In this document: piece after piece, positions 1-10,346 of the stretch
Position numbering within the stretch: position 1 is the first letter of the stretch
How the letters are laid out: each line of letters begins with the position of its first letter
DNA from: a virus
Lineage: Duplodnaviria > Caudoviricetes
Virus record (IMG/VR): IMGVR_UViG_3300044297_000138
Location: 64,001 to 128,000 of that record
Strand: one strand, 5' to 3'
Length of the DNA stretch: 64,000 bases
The notes under the pieces: model-generated
What the model was told of the DNA's origin: nothing
Seen by the model: the letters and a program-made list of their open reading frames with translations, nothing else
Databases searched by the model: none
Made by a program: the position numbers and the translations under genes

Positions 1-452
1 TTACTGGTGGTGTCGATGCAAGCAGAAAAGTGACTTTCATGGCCAAAGCCGCACAATTACCAGGTTCATCAATGGGACAAGTTCCGGTCTATTACTTTGG
101 CCGTGAAATGAAGTTTGTTGGTAACAGAAGTTTCGCTGATTGGACAATCACCATCATCAACGATGAAGATTTTACCATTCGTAACACAGTAGAAAAATGG
201 ATGAATAGTTTGAACAGTCATGCAGGTAACGTTCGTGACCAAAATGCAAAACTACCAAGCAATTATTCCGTTGACGCTGAAGTTATTCAATACGGCAAAA
301 CCGGTAGTGAACTAAAGAAATACAACTTTGTGGGATTGTTCCCTGTTGATTTAACACCAATCGCTCTTGATTGGGGTTCAAATGATACCATTGAAGAATT
401 TGATGTGACATTTGCTTATCAATATTGGACAACAGCAGATACCACAAGCTGA
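1..452 (+). CDS. gp19: Tail tube protein, 5' end truncated by window
   Basis: AAQLPGS...GREMKFVGNRSFADWTITIINDEDF...EEFDVTFAYQYW is typical of T4 gp19; frame is open from the window edge; upstream of portal. Confidence 0.95.
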   Translation, partial: TGGVDASRKVTFMAKAAQLPGSSMGQVPVYYFGREMKFVGNRSFADWTITIINDEDFTIRNTVEKWMNSLNSHAGNVRDQNAKLPSNYSVDAEVIQYGKTGSELKKYNFVGLFPVDLTPIALDWGSNDTIEEFDVTFAYQYWTTADTTS

Positions 453-460
453 TAAATTAT

Positions 461-490
461 GGAGGGCTTCGGCCCTCCTTTATGTTTTTT
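461..490 (+). terminator. Intrinsic terminator with UUCG loop
   Basis: GGAGGGC-TTCG-GCCCTCC followed by T-rich run. Confidence 0.85.
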
Positions 491-517
491 TGACTTTGTA
501 ATTAGATAAAAGAAAAT

Positions 518-2230
518 ATGGCAACACCTAATAAATTTTCACTCTTTGGATTCACGATTTCCCGTGAAGAAAAAGAAGTTCAGGATGTTACACAACAATC
601 CTTTACGCCACCTTCCCAGGAAGACGGCGCATTAACTATTACATCTGCTGCCTATTATGGCACATATGTTGACTTGGATGGTACCGCAAAGAATGAAGTA
701 GAACTCATTTCTCGTTACCGTGAAATGGCTATGCAGCCAGAAATTGAATCAGCAATAGATGACATAGTTAATGAAGCCATTTGTCAAGATGATGACGGCA
801 AAACTATTGATATTGTTTTGGACAATTTAAAACAACCAGAAAAAATCAAGAACGCCATCAAAACGGAATTTCAAAATATTGTTAGATTATTAAATTATAA
901 CAATATGTCACAAGACATTTTCCGTAGATTCTATGTTGATGGTCGTTTGTATTATCACGTTATTATTGATCGTGAATCTCCACAAGAGGGCATCAAAGAA
1001 CTCCGTTATGTGGATCCACGAAAAATTCGTAAAGTCCGTGAAATGAGGAAACAAAAAGATGAAAGAACTGGCGCAGAAATCGTTCAAACAGTCAACGAAT
1101 ATTACATCTACAATGATAAGGTTGTCACTGGTAGTAGTTCTAACTACGGTCCTGTTGGCGTTCGCATCACAACTGATTCTGTTCTTTCTATCGTCTCCGG
1201 TCTTATGGATAGTCGCCGTGCTGTGGTACTTTCTTATCTACACAAGGCAATCAAACCATTAAACCAGTTGCGTATGATTGAAGATGCGACAGTTATCTAT
1301 CGTATCAGCCGTGCGCCAGAACGCCGTATATTCTATATTGATGTTGGTAATTTACCAAAATTAAAGGCCGAACAATATCTACGTGATATTATGGTCAAGT
1401 ATAAAAATAAATTAGTTTACGATGCAAACACAGGTGAGGTCCGTGATGATCGTAAATTTCTTTCCATGATGGAAGATTTCTGGTTACCTCGCCGTGAAGG
1501 CGGTAAAGGCACAGAAATCACCACACTACCAGGTGGACAAAACCTAGGTGAGTTGGAAGATGTTAAGTATTTTGAAAAGAAACTATACAAGTCTTTAAAT
1601 GTTCCTATCTCCAGACTTGAACCTAACCAAGGATTCTCTATTGGCCGTGTGGCAGAAGTTACAAGAGATGAATTGAAGTTCTCAAAGTTTGTTGATAGAC
1701 TAAGAGCCAAGTTCTCAGAAATTTTTGACCAGGCTCTTCGTGTTCAATGTGTATTGAAAGGTATTTGCACAGAAGAAGAATGGAACGAATTTAAAGAATA
1801 TATCTATTTTGATTTCATCAAAGACAATAACTTTACAGAACTCAAAGATGCTGAGTTGATGAAAGAAAGATTAGGTCTTTTGGGTGCAATTGATCCTTAT
1901 ACAGGAAGTTATTTCTCCAAAAAATGGATTCAACGTAATGTGTTACGTTTGACTGATGACCAAATTGATGAAATGAATACCGAAATTGACGATGAGAAAG
2001 AACAAGGCATGGGATTGCCAACAGAGGTAACTAATCAAGTGGCACAACAACAAATGGTTGGCCAAGTTGATGCAGAAAACCAAATTGCAATGCAAGATGC
2101 TATGGGACAAGACCAAGGCGGTTCTAAATCTTCAAGTTCTTCTAAACCAAAATCACAATCCAAACCACAACCAAAGGGTGATTTAAGTTTAGAGAACACA
2201 ACCTTTACCAAATTGAAGCGAATACTATAA
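518..2230 (+). CDS. gp20: Portal vertex protein
   Basis: YRISRAPERRIFYIDVGNLPK and EDFWLPRREGGKGTEITTLPGGQNLG motifs. Confidence 0.98.
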   Translation: MATPNKFSLFGFTISREEKEVQDVTQQSFTPPSQEDGALTITSAAYYGTYVDLDGTAKNEVELISRYREMAMQPEIESAIDDIVNEAICQDDDGKTIDIVLDNLKQPEKIKNAIKTEFQNIVRLLNYNNMSQDIFRRFYVDGRLYYHVIIDRESPQEGIKELRYVDPRKIRKVREMRKQKDERTGAEIVQTVNEYYIYNDKVVTGSSSNYGPVGVRITTDSVLSIVSGLMDSRRAVVLSYLHKAIKPLNQLRMIEDATVIYRISRAPERRIFYIDVGNLPKLKAEQYLRDIMVKYKNKLVYDANTGEVRDDRKFLSMMEDFWLPRREGGKGTEITTLPGGQNLGELEDVKYFEKKLYKSLNVPISRLEPNQGFSIGRVAEVTRDELKFSKFVDRLRAKFSEIFDQALRVQCVLKGICTEEEWNEFKEYIYFDFIKDNNFTELKDAELMKERLGLLGAIDPYTGSYFSKKWIQRNVLRLTDDQIDEMNTEIDDEKEQGMGLPTEVTNQVAQQQMVGQVDAENQIAMQDAMGQDQGGSKSSSSSKPKSQSKPQPKGDLSLENTTFTKLKRIL

Positions 2231-2233
2231 ATA
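2226..2233 (+). promoter_or_regulatory. T4-type late promoter TATAAATA
   Basis: Exact consensus upstream of prohead core genes. Confidence 0.8.
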
Positions 2234-2251
2234 TTTCATTAGGAGAAAATT

Positions 2252-2446
2252 ATGGACCCAAGACAAATCGTAGATTTTGCAGACGAAGATAATGCCAAAG
2301 AAATGCGTGATGCATTTTATGCTACTTTGCAAGACAAAGTAATGGCACATATTGAAGCCAAAAAAATGGAAGTTGCGAAATCTATGTTTAATACTCAGCC
2401 AGATCCAATGGCAACGGCTGTGGATGAACCAGTTACACCACAATAA
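2252..2446 (+). CDS. Small prohead core protein (gp67 position)
   Basis: 64-aa acidic ORF between gp20 and gp21, AGGAG RBS. Confidence 0.65.
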   Translation: MDPRQIVDFADEDNAKEMRDAFYATLQDKVMAHIEAKKMEVAKSMFNTQPDPMATAVDEPVTPQ

Positions 2447-2458
2447 CAGGAATAAAAA

Positions 2459-2986
2459 ATGGCAAATGCATTTACCTATCAAGTCATCAAAGATACCACA
2501 GAACATGCAATTATTAAATTGACAGCTTCTTTTGATGGTACAGGACAAGAATCTAACAATTCTAGAATCGCCGCAAACACTCTCTACGGTGCGTTGGCTA
2601 CCAACGGATATTTGGTGGCAAACAATCAAGGTGGTGCAGCAAATACAGCCTTATCATATTATGGTTTAACATTACATAGACTATGGTATGATTGTGCTGC
2701 TGGCGGAGATGTTCAACTATATTGGCAAGCAACATCACCACTACCATTAATTATTATGAATGGTAACGGTGAATATGATGGTGCTGGCAACTGGACTACA
2801 ATACCAAATAATGCAAAGGGCAACGCAGGTTGCAATGGAAACATTGGTATTGTAACCCGTGGTATGGCTGCAAATGATAGTTATACAATTGTTATGGAAT
2901 TAAGAAAAGAAAATGAGTATTACCAGCGTGGTCAATTTAATGATCCTGCTGCATTTAATTATACTCCATACAATATTCGTCCATAA
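2459..2986 (+). CDS. Hypothetical virion structural protein
   Basis: G/N/A-rich 175-aa ORF in head operon, AGGA RBS. Confidence 0.6.
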   Translation: MANAFTYQVIKDTTEHAIIKLTASFDGTGQESNNSRIAANTLYGALATNGYLVANNQGGAANTALSYYGLTLHRLWYDCAAGGDVQLYWQATSPLPLIIMNGNGEYDGAGNWTTIPNNAKGNAGCNGNIGIVTRGMAANDSYTIVMELRKENEYYQRGQFNDPAAFNYTPYNIRP

Positions 2987-2995
2987 GGAATTAAA

Positions 2996-3640
2996 ATGAA
3001 ACTCATTAAAGAAGTAGTAGAGGATGTAAAATATCTTACCGAAGAAAAAGACGGTAAGAAATCTCTTTTCATTGAGGGTCCTTTCCTTGTTGCCGAAACA
3101 GTAAACAGAAATGGCCGTAAATATCTACGTGAAACTATGCAAAAAGAAGTTTCACGTTACACAGACGAATACATTAATAAAAACCGTGCCTTTGGTGAAC
3201 TGGGACATCCAGACACACCATCCATCAACCTTGACCGTGTCTCTCACTTGAACGTGGGTTTGCGTCAAGAAGGTGATGTTTGGATAGGCAAAGCAAAAAT
3301 TCTTGACACACCTATGGGTAACATTGCAAGAAACCTTATTGAAGGTGGTGGCCAGCTTGGCGTATCATCTAGAGGTATGGGTTCTCTTAAAAGTGTGAAT
3401 GGTATTAACATTGTGCAAGACGACTTTCATCTGGCCACAGCGGCAGATATAGTAGCTGATCCTTCCGCACCTGGTGCTTTCGTACAAGGTATTATGGAAG
3501 GTAAAGAATGGATGCTAGTAGATGGTATTTGGACCGAAGTTCAATATGAAGCAGCTAAGAAACAAATCAAAGAAGCTTCACGTAAAGATATTGAAAGAGT
3601 CAGTTTACAAATATTTGAAAACTTCATCAAAAAACTTTAA
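2996..3640 (+). CDS. gp21: Prohead protease
   Basis: NRAFGELGHP, LGVSSRGMGS, ADIVADPSAPGA motifs. Confidence 0.97.
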   Translation: MKLIKEVVEDVKYLTEEKDGKKSLFIEGPFLVAETVNRNGRKYLRETMQKEVSRYTDEYINKNRAFGELGHPDTPSINLDRVSHLNVGLRQEGDVWIGKAKILDTPMGNIARNLIEGGGQLGVSSRGMGSLKSVNGINIVQDDFHLATAADIVADPSAPGAFVQGIMEGKEWMLVDGIWTEVQYEAAKKQIKEASRKDIERVSLQIFENFIKKL

Positions 3641-3641
3641 T

Positions 3642-3649
3642 TATAAATA
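3642..3649 (+). promoter_or_regulatory. T4-type late promoter TATAAATA
   Basis: Exact consensus before gp22. Confidence 0.8.
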
Positions 3650-3679
3650 TCCAATATAAAAATCAAGGAGATTCTCAAC

Positions 3680-4951
3680 ATGGGAAAGAAAAATCTAGCT
3701 GATGCCGCTAAAGCAGTTCTAATGAACGAAGGTTCAAAAGAAATTTTTGACGCTTCCGTTGCTCGTGGCCACAAAGAAGCCGGTTCAAAGTTACCTACAT
3801 CTGTTGCTTATGGCATGAAAGATGCTGGTGAAGTTGCTGGTGTAGTTGATAAAAAAGATGACCAAGCTGGTGATTATACAAAAGGTGTTCCAACAGCAAC
3901 ACCTCCTGGTGCAACACCACCTGTTGGTTCAGAACCAGCTCACAAGTTGGAAAATCAACCACAAGAAACACAAGGTGCTGAACACGCCGTTGCTCAAGAA
4001 GATCCAACTTCTTATGAAAACATCCGTGATCGCATCAAAGCCAAGTTGGCAAAACAAACAATGCAATCTAATCCTGGCGCTACATTCCAATCCTATGGTG
4101 AAGAAGTAGAAGTTAAGGAAGAAGAAGTTGTTGCCGAAGAAAAAGGCGAAGGACATGAAGATGAGGCTGAAGATAAAGCCCTTATCAAGAAAATGATGAA
4201 GAAAGACAAAATGAAAGAAGATATGGACGCTGACGTTGATGCTCTTCTTTCCGGTGAAAATCTTTCTGAAGAATTCAAAACAAAAGCCACAACCATTTTT
4301 GAATCTGCCGTTGTTGCTCGCACACAAGCTTTAGTAGAAGAAATTGAAGAAGCTATGGTAGAAGAATTTGAATTGGCTGTTGAAGAAGTCAAAAACGAAT
4401 TGGCACAGAAACTAGACGATTACATCAATTACATGGCTGAAGAATGGGTTAAAGATAACCAATTGGCCATTGAAAAAGGTCTACGTGCTGAAATCGTTGA
4501 AGATTTCATTGGCGGTTTGAAAGACTTGTTCATTGAACATTACATTGACATTCCAGAAGAAAAAGTTGACGTTGTTGAAGAATTGACAACCAAAGTAGAA
4601 GAATTGGAATCTGAATTGAATGAACAAATCCAATCATCCGTTGAACTACGCAAAGAATTAAACGAACATAAAAAAATTGAGGCTATACATGCAGTATGTG
4701 AAGGCCTAACGCAGACTCAAGTGGAAAAAATGAAAACACTCGCAGAGGGTGTAGAGTTTACCACAGACGAAGAATACGCAGAAAAACTAGTTACTCTAAG
4801 AACTTCATACTTCACAGAGTCAGTTAAGCCTGCTTCTAGTTCTGCTTTAAACGAAGAAGTTGTTGTTGAAGATGAAAAGAAACCTGTTGTTTCTTCTGAC
4901 CCAACAATCGCTGCTATCGCTTCCGCAATCTCAAAAACTTCGGTAAAATAA
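3680..4951 (+). CDS. gp22: Prohead core scaffold protein
   Basis: Acidic coiled coil, LSEEFKTKATTIFESAV, between gp21 and gp23. Confidence 0.93.
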   Translation: MGKKNLADAAKAVLMNEGSKEIFDASVARGHKEAGSKLPTSVAYGMKDAGEVAGVVDKKDDQAGDYTKGVPTATPPGATPPVGSEPAHKLENQPQETQGAEHAVAQEDPTSYENIRDRIKAKLAKQTMQSNPGATFQSYGEEVEVKEEEVVAEEKGEGHEDEAEDKALIKKMMKKDKMKEDMDADVDALLSGENLSEEFKTKATTIFESAVVARTQALVEEIEEAMVEEFELAVEEVKNELAQKLDDYINYMAEEWVKDNQLAIEKGLRAEIVEDFIGGLKDLFIEHYIDIPEEKVDVVEELTTKVEELESELNEQIQSSVELRKELNEHKKIEAIHAVCEGLTQTQVEKMKTLAEGVEFTTDEEYAEKLVTLRTSYFTESVKPASSSALNEEVVVEDEKKPVVSSDPTIAAIASAISKTSVK

Positions 4952-4993
4952 ATAAAACTTACCGAAACTAGAAACTAATAAGGAGAATTTTAA

Positions 4994-6349
4994 ATGTTTC
5001 TATCTGAAGAACTACAAAATAAATGGCAACCAGTTTTGGAACATCCAGAACTAGAAGCCATTAAGGATCCATACAAGAAGGCCGTCACTGCTGTTATCCT
5101 AGAAAACCAACAGCGTGAAATGACAGCTGCTGCTCAGCAGTTGAACGAAACAACCTACTCTGCTGCTCCTACCAACGTTACAGGTGCTGGTGTTCAAAAC
5201 TTTGACCCTATCCTTATCTCTTTGGTTCGCCGTGCATTGCCTAACCTTATCGCTTATGACGTTGCTGGCGTTCAGCCAATGACAGGCCCAACCGGCTTGA
5301 TCTTCGCAATGCGTGCTAAGTATAATGCACAAGGTACAGCTGGTTCAGGTGATTCTAACGAAGCTTTCTTCAACGAAGCTAACACAATCTTCTCAGGTTT
5401 GGGTTCAGGTACAGGCGCATCATTTGGTTTCGCTGGTAACAACACAACCGACACAGCAACAAGCGCAGTTCGTGACTTGACAGCTAACACCTTCACAACT
5501 GGTGTTGGTATGGCCACAGCTACTGCTGAAGGTTTGGGTGCAGATACCTCTACAGGTATGTTCAACCAAATGGCTTTCTCTATTGAGAAAGTTACTGTTA
5601 CTGCTAAGAGCCGTGCATTGAAGGCTGAATACTCTCTAGAACTTGCTCAAGACTTGAAAGCAATCCATGGTTTGGATGCTGAAACAGAGTTGAGCAACAT
5701 TCTTTCTACAGAGATTCTTGCTGAAATCAACCGTGAAGTTATCCGTACAATCTATACAGTTGCCGTTCCAGGTGCTCAGTATGGTACAACAACAGCTGGC
5801 GTGTTTGACTTAGACACCGACTCTAACGGTCGTTGGTCTGTTGAACGTTTCAAAGGTTTGATTTTCCAAATTGAACGTGATGCAAACGTCATCGCTAAGC
5901 AGACTCGTCGTGGTAAGGGTAACGTTCTGATCGTTTCTTCAGACGTTGCTTCTGCTATGGCTATGGCTGGTGTTCTTCAGTATACACCTGCTCTAAGCGC
6001 TGACTTGCAAGTTGACGATACAGGCAATACATTTGCTGGTATGTTACATGGCCGCATCAAGGTTTACATTGACCCATATTTCGGTGGTTACACTTCTAAC
6101 CAAGAATTGGTAACTATCGGTTATAAGGGTTCTTCACCTTATGATGCCGGTTTGTTCTACTGCCCATACGTTCCTCTACAAATGGTTCGTGCAGTTGACC
6201 AGTACACATTCCAACCAAAAATTGGTTTCAAGACCCGTTATGGTATGGTTGCAAACCCATTTGCAGAAGGTACTGATGTTGGCCAAGGTCGCTTGAGCGC
6301 TCGTGCTAACAAATACTATCGTCTATTCCAAGTTAAGAACTTGATGTAA
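4994..6349 (+). CDS. gp23: Major capsid protein
   Basis: GVQPMTGPTGLIFAMR, SRALKAEYSLELAQDLKAIHGLDAE, FQPKIGFKTRYG. Confidence 0.99.
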   Translation: MFLSEELQNKWQPVLEHPELEAIKDPYKKAVTAVILENQQREMTAAAQQLNETTYSAAPTNVTGAGVQNFDPILISLVRRALPNLIAYDVAGVQPMTGPTGLIFAMRAKYNAQGTAGSGDSNEAFFNEANTIFSGLGSGTGASFGFAGNNTTDTATSAVRDLTANTFTTGVGMATATAEGLGADTSTGMFNQMAFSIEKVTVTAKSRALKAEYSLELAQDLKAIHGLDAETELSNILSTEILAEINREVIRTIYTVAVPGAQYGTTTAGVFDLDTDSNGRWSVERFKGLIFQIERDANVIAKQTRRGKGNVLIVSSDVASAMAMAGVLQYTPALSADLQVDDTGNTFAGMLHGRIKVYIDPYFGGYTSNQELVTIGYKGSSPYDAGLFYCPYVPLQMVRAVDQYTFQPKIGFKTRYGMVANPFAEGTDVGQGRLSARANKYYRLFQVKNLM

Positions 6350-6379
6350 TTGACGAAACCACCGAAAGAGTGGTATTAC

Positions 6380-6407
6380 AGAGGGTGCTTCGGCACCCTC
6401 TTTTTTT
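6380..6407 (+). terminator. Intrinsic terminator with UUCG loop
   Basis: AGAGGGTGC-TTCG-GCACCCTCT + T run after gp23. Confidence 0.9.
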
Positions 6408-6436
6408 GCCTCCTAAATACCTATTAAGGAGATATT

Positions 6437-6949
6437 ATGACTGCTTTCAATAGAACACCACAAAGTACCAGTCCTTTACAACCCACAAAATTCTTGTTGA
6501 CTTTTGCAAGAATACCAAATACACAATTTTTTTGCCAAGAAGTAAATATTCCTGGCGTTTCTTTGGGTGAAGTTGACCGAGTAACTCCATTTTTGGATAT
6601 GTTCTCACCAGGTACAAAACTTACATACCAACCATTGGACGTTTCATTCATAGTTGATGAAGAAATGCAATCATGGAAAGACATGTATAACTGGTTCATT
6701 TCAATTGCAGATCCAGATGGTTACGAAAAGCGTGACCACAACAGAGAGTTACAAAAGAACAGACATTTTTCTGATGCCGTTTTAACTGTATTAAATGGCT
6801 TGAATAATCCAGTTGTTCGTATTCAATATACCAATGTTTTCCCTTTGACAATGAGTGATATTCAATTTGATACCAAACTATCAGCTGATTCTATTATTAC
6901 CTGTTCGGCCACATTCAGATATCAATCGTACATATACTTGCCTGCATAA
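6437..6949 (+). CDS. gp3: Tail completion / sheath stabiliser
   Basis: FFCQEVNIPGVSLG, PGTKLTY, FIVDEEM, FP..MSDIQFD; CTAAATA late motif upstream. Confidence 0.88.
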   Translation: MTAFNRTPQSTSPLQPTKFLLTFARIPNTQFFCQEVNIPGVSLGEVDRVTPFLDMFSPGTKLTYQPLDVSFIVDEEMQSWKDMYNWFISIADPDGYEKRDHNRELQKNRHFSDAVLTVLNGLNNPVVRIQYTNVFPLTMSDIQFDTKLSADSIITCSATFRYQSYIYLPA

Positions 6950-6966
6950 TACTTTTGTGATATAAT
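6938..6966 (+). promoter_or_regulatory. sigma70-type promoter
   Basis: TTGCCT-N17-TATAAT with TG extension, before uvsY. Confidence 0.65.
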
Positions 6967-6993
6967 ATACATTATTTGTTTTTTGAATATAAA

Positions 6994-7428
6994 ATGGAAA
7001 CACTAGAAAATATATTAAGACTTTGGGAGACTGATGCGGTCATGGACCAAACAGAACCATCCAAAGAATTACTTAAAATTCCCACACTACACAGTAAATA
7101 TCTGAACATTCTTACCAAACATAAAATTGCAAGTAAGAAAACTCATTTTGATTATCTCAAGATGAAAAAGACCAAGACAGAATATTTTGGTGGGAAATTA
7201 TCACAAGAAGAATTACAGGAGTATGGTTGGGAACCATTTCAATTTGTATTGAAATCCGACTTGTCTACATACTTAGAAGCAGATAAGGACCTTATTAAAC
7301 TATTGGAGAAAAAGGTCTACCATGATGAATGTATCTCAGTTATTGAATCTATTATGCAAGAATTGAAACAAAGAACATGGCAACTACGTGACTTTATATC
7401 ATGGGAGAAGTTCGTTGCAGGCCAGTGA
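6994..7428 (+). CDS. uvsY: Recombination mediator UvsY
   Basis: IPTLHSKYL, YLEADKDL, RTWQLRDFISWEKF; precedes uvsW. Confidence 0.88.
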   Translation: METLENILRLWETDAVMDQTEPSKELLKIPTLHSKYLNILTKHKIASKKTHFDYLKMKKTKTEYFGGKLSQEELQEYGWEPFQFVLKSDLSTYLEADKDLIKLLEKKVYHDECISVIESIMQELKQRTWQLRDFISWEKFVAGQ

Positions 7429-8923
7429 TTTAGTTGTTACAAAGAAAAATGAAGTATACGCCAAGGTGCAATGTGAAAGACACCTGGCAATGGAACTCTC
7501 CGAATACTTTACATTCTATGTACCAGGTTACCAATTCGTTCCAGCGTTTCGGAATCGCATCTGGGATGGTAAAATAAGACTGTTTAATCTGAACACCAGT
7601 CAAATCTATTTGGGACTGTTGGAGTATCTTAAATCGTTCTGTGATGAACGAGGATACAAATATGAAATAGAAGAACTGGAAGATGAGTTTAGTGTATATC
7701 ACGCAGATAAATTTTTTGCAACTTTAAATCTACATTCACAAGGTAAAGAAATTACGGTGATGGATCACCAGCGTAATGCATTTATACATGCAATGCAAAA
7801 ACGCAGAACCTTATTATTGTCACCAACATCTTCTGGTAAATCACTTATCATTTATCTTTTGTTTCGTCAACTGTATGAATATCAAAATCTAAAAGGTTTG
7901 ATTATTGTACCGACCACATCGTTGGTGGAACAGTTATACTCGGATTTTGCCGATTATGCGAATAACGACACTTTCAATGTACCAGAAAATGTACATCGTA
8001 TTTACCAAGGCAAAGAAAGATATACAAATAAACCATTGACCATATCAACATGGCAATCTCTTTATAAAATGCCGTCAGAATATTTTGAACAGTTTGATTA
8101 TGTGATTGGTGATGAGGCACACAACTTCAAGGCACAATCTTTAACCACTATTATGACTTCCTGTGTCAATTCAAAATATAGAATTGGCTTAACTGGCACT
8201 TTAGACGGAACAAAAACACATAAACTGGTATTAGAAGGACTTTTTGGTACAGTTAAAACAGTCACAACAACCAAAGAACTGATTGATAACAATCAAATAT
8301 CACCATTAAATATTAAATGTTTGGTACTGAAACATCCAGAAGATATTGCAGAACAGGCCAAAGATTGGTCATATCAAGAAGAAATACAATATTTAATTGG
8401 TTGTCAAGATAGAAATCGTTTTATAAGAAACTTAACCATCAGTTTGAACAAAAACACATTGGTGCTATATCAATTGGTTGACAAACATGGTAAATTATTA
8501 TACGACATGATTAAAGAAAAATCAAACGGTCGGCAAGTATTCTTTGTCCATGGTGGCGTTGAAACGGAAGACCGTGAAGAAATACGTTCAATTATGGAGA
8601 AAGAAAATGACGCAATTGTGGTGGCTTCTTACGGGACTTTTAGCACTGGGATTAATATTCGCAATCTTCACAATATTATTTTTGCAAGCCCGTCTAAAAG
8701 CCGTATCAGGAATTTACAAAGTATTGGACGGGGTTTGCGCCAATTTAGCGGCAAAGAACAAGCAACTCTCTACGACATTGCAGATGACCTTAGACACAAA
8801 AAAAGAATGAACTTTACTCTACAACACTTTGTGGAACGAGCTAAGATATATAATGAGGAGAAGTTCCCTTTTAAAATTTACAATATAGGGTTAAAAAATG
8901 GCAGTTCAAATAGTAAGATTTAA
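7388..8923 (+). CDS. uvsW: SF2 DNA helicase UvsW (exact start uncertain)
   Basis: WDGKIRLF, SPTSSGKS, DEAH, QSIGRGLR. Confidence 0.96.
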   Translation: MTLYHGRSSLQASDLVVTKKNEVYAKVQCERHLAMELSEYFTFYVPGYQFVPAFRNRIWDGKIRLFNLNTSQIYLGLLEYLKSFCDERGYKYEIEELEDEFSVYHADKFFATLNLHSQGKEITVMDHQRNAFIHAMQKRRTLLLSPTSSGKSLIIYLLFRQLYEYQNLKGLIIVPTTSLVEQLYSDFADYANNDTFNVPENVHRIYQGKERYTNKPLTISTWQSLYKMPSEYFEQFDYVIGDEAHNFKAQSLTTIMTSCVNSKYRIGLTGTLDGTKTHKLVLEGLFGTVKTVTTTKELIDNNQISPLNIKCLVLKHPEDIAEQAKDWSYQEEIQYLIGCQDRNRFIRNLTISLNKNTLVLYQLVDKHGKLLYDMIKEKSNGRQVFFVHGGVETEDREEIRSIMEKENDAIVVASYGTFSTGINIRNLHNIIFASPSKSRIRNLQSIGRGLRQFSGKEQATLYDIADDLRHKKRMNFTLQHFVERAKIYNEEKFPFKIYNIGLKNGSSNSKI

Positions 8924-9260
8924 AGACGGATTGGATATCATAACTGACGTAAGTTCTGTTGAATCCAATGAAATGGAATTGTCAACACCTATGATGTTCG
9001 AAATAAGGAATCATAACTTGTTGTTGCAACAATGGATTCCATTGGCTTTAATTAAAGAAGATAATGTAAGAATTAATAAGAGTGAGATTCTTTGTGTCAT
9101 GGAACCAAATGATGACTTCAAAGAATATTATGTTAATGCAATCAGTGATTTGAAAAAGGAAATGAAAAACATGAAGAATAAAAAGAACTCTGAGGATAAT
9201 ACCGATGTTATGGAAGCAATAGCTGAATTATCCGTAAATAAAAATATTAATATCCATTAA
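8898..9260 (+). CDS. Conserved hypothetical protein (Sm-like fold suspected)
   Basis: 120-aa ORF between uvsW and gp55. Confidence 0.65.
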   Translation: MAVQIVRFKDGLDIITDVSSVESNEMELSTPMMFEIRNHNLLLQQWIPLALIKEDNVRINKSEILCVMEPNDDFKEYYVNAISDLKKEMKNMKNKKNSEDNTDVMEAIAELSVNKNINIH

Positions 9261-9337
9261 TAATATCATCGGGGCTACACCGTGAACTATATCACATGTC
9301 AAGCCCCCTGTCAATAACTTTTTATGGTACACTTGAA

Positions 9338-9877
9338 ATGACAAAACAAAAACACTACATCAACAACGCAGATTTCCTCAAAGCTCTGGTAGATTACAAA
9401 GAAGAATGTAAAACTGCCGAGAAAACAGGCAAACCAGATCCAAAGATTCCCAATTACATTGGTGAATGTTTTATGAAGATTGCCGAAGGTCTATCCCACA
9501 AACCTAACTTCATCAATTATACCTATCGTGATGAAATGATTGCAGATGGTATTGAAAACTGTTTGATGTATTTCAATAACTTTGATCCTACCAAATCAAA
9601 TAATCCATTTGCATATTTTACACAGATCATCTATTATGCGTTCTTACGCAGGATACAAAAAGAAAAGAAGCAGTTGTATGTGAAATACAAAGCCACAGAA
9701 CAAGCTGGTATTTTGGATGAGTTTGAAATGTTTGAATCTGAAAGTGGTGTGATGAAACAATTTGAATTGTATGATAACATTGCTGAGTTCATTGAAACAT
9801 ATGAAGATGCCAAACAAGCCAAAAAAGAGTCCAAGGCGGTAAAGAAGCCAAAGGGTATTGAAAAATTTATGGAGTAA
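9338..9877 (+). CDS. gp55: Late-transcription sigma factor
   Basis: HYINNADF, IPNYIGECFMKIAEGLSHKPNF, NPFAYFTQIIYYAFLRRI. Confidence 0.97.
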   Translation: MTKQKHYINNADFLKALVDYKEECKTAEKTGKPDPKIPNYIGECFMKIAEGLSHKPNFINYTYRDEMIADGIENCLMYFNNFDPTKSNNPFAYFTQIIYYAFLRRIQKEKKQLYVKYKATEQAGILDEFEMFESESGVMKQFELYDNIAEFIETYEDAKQAKKESKAVKKPKGIEKFME

Positions 9878-9884
9878 TGTTATA

Positions 9885-10346
9885 ATGAAAATTGGTTTTA
9901 ATTGTTCCACTTTTGATTTGTTCCATGCCGGTCATGTAACAATGTTGAGAGAAGAAAAAAGATTTTGTGATTATTTGATTGTGGCAATACAAGTTGATCC
10001 AACAACTGATAGGCCAAACACAAAAAATAAACCTGTAATGAGCATGTATGAAAGGTATATGTGTGTGTCAGCTTGTAAATATGTTGATGAGATAATTGTT
10101 TACCATACTGAAGAAGAATTGTTAAACATACTTAAAACAATACATATTGATATTCGTTTTCTTGGTGATGAATATAAAAGAAAAGATTTTACTGGCAAAC
10201 AATGGTGTTTAGATCGTGGAATTGAATTACATTATCACGAAAGAGAACATCCTTATAGTAGTTCTTCATTGAGAAAGCGTGTTTGGGAAGCTGAAGAAAA
10301 AAGGCTTGATGCCTTAAAACAAGATTATGATGAATGTAAAAAATGA
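9885..10346 (+). CDS. Cytidylyltransferase (glycerol-3-phosphate CTase/TagD-like)
   Basis: FDLFHAGH (HxGH), YVDEI, YSSSSLR. Confidence 0.85.
   Translation: MKIGFNCSTFDLFHAGHVTMLREEKRFCDYLIVAIQVDPTTDRPNTKNKPVMSMYERYMCVSACKYVDEIIVYHTEEELLNILKTIHIDIRFLGDEYKRKDFTGKQWCLDRGIELHYHEREHPYSSSSLRKRVWEAEEKRLDALKQDYDECKK

Noticed and set aside
3846-4109. Out-of-frame ORF within gp22 as a second overprinted gene
   Set aside because: TTG start, no RBS or internal late promoter, composition looks like a frameshifted read
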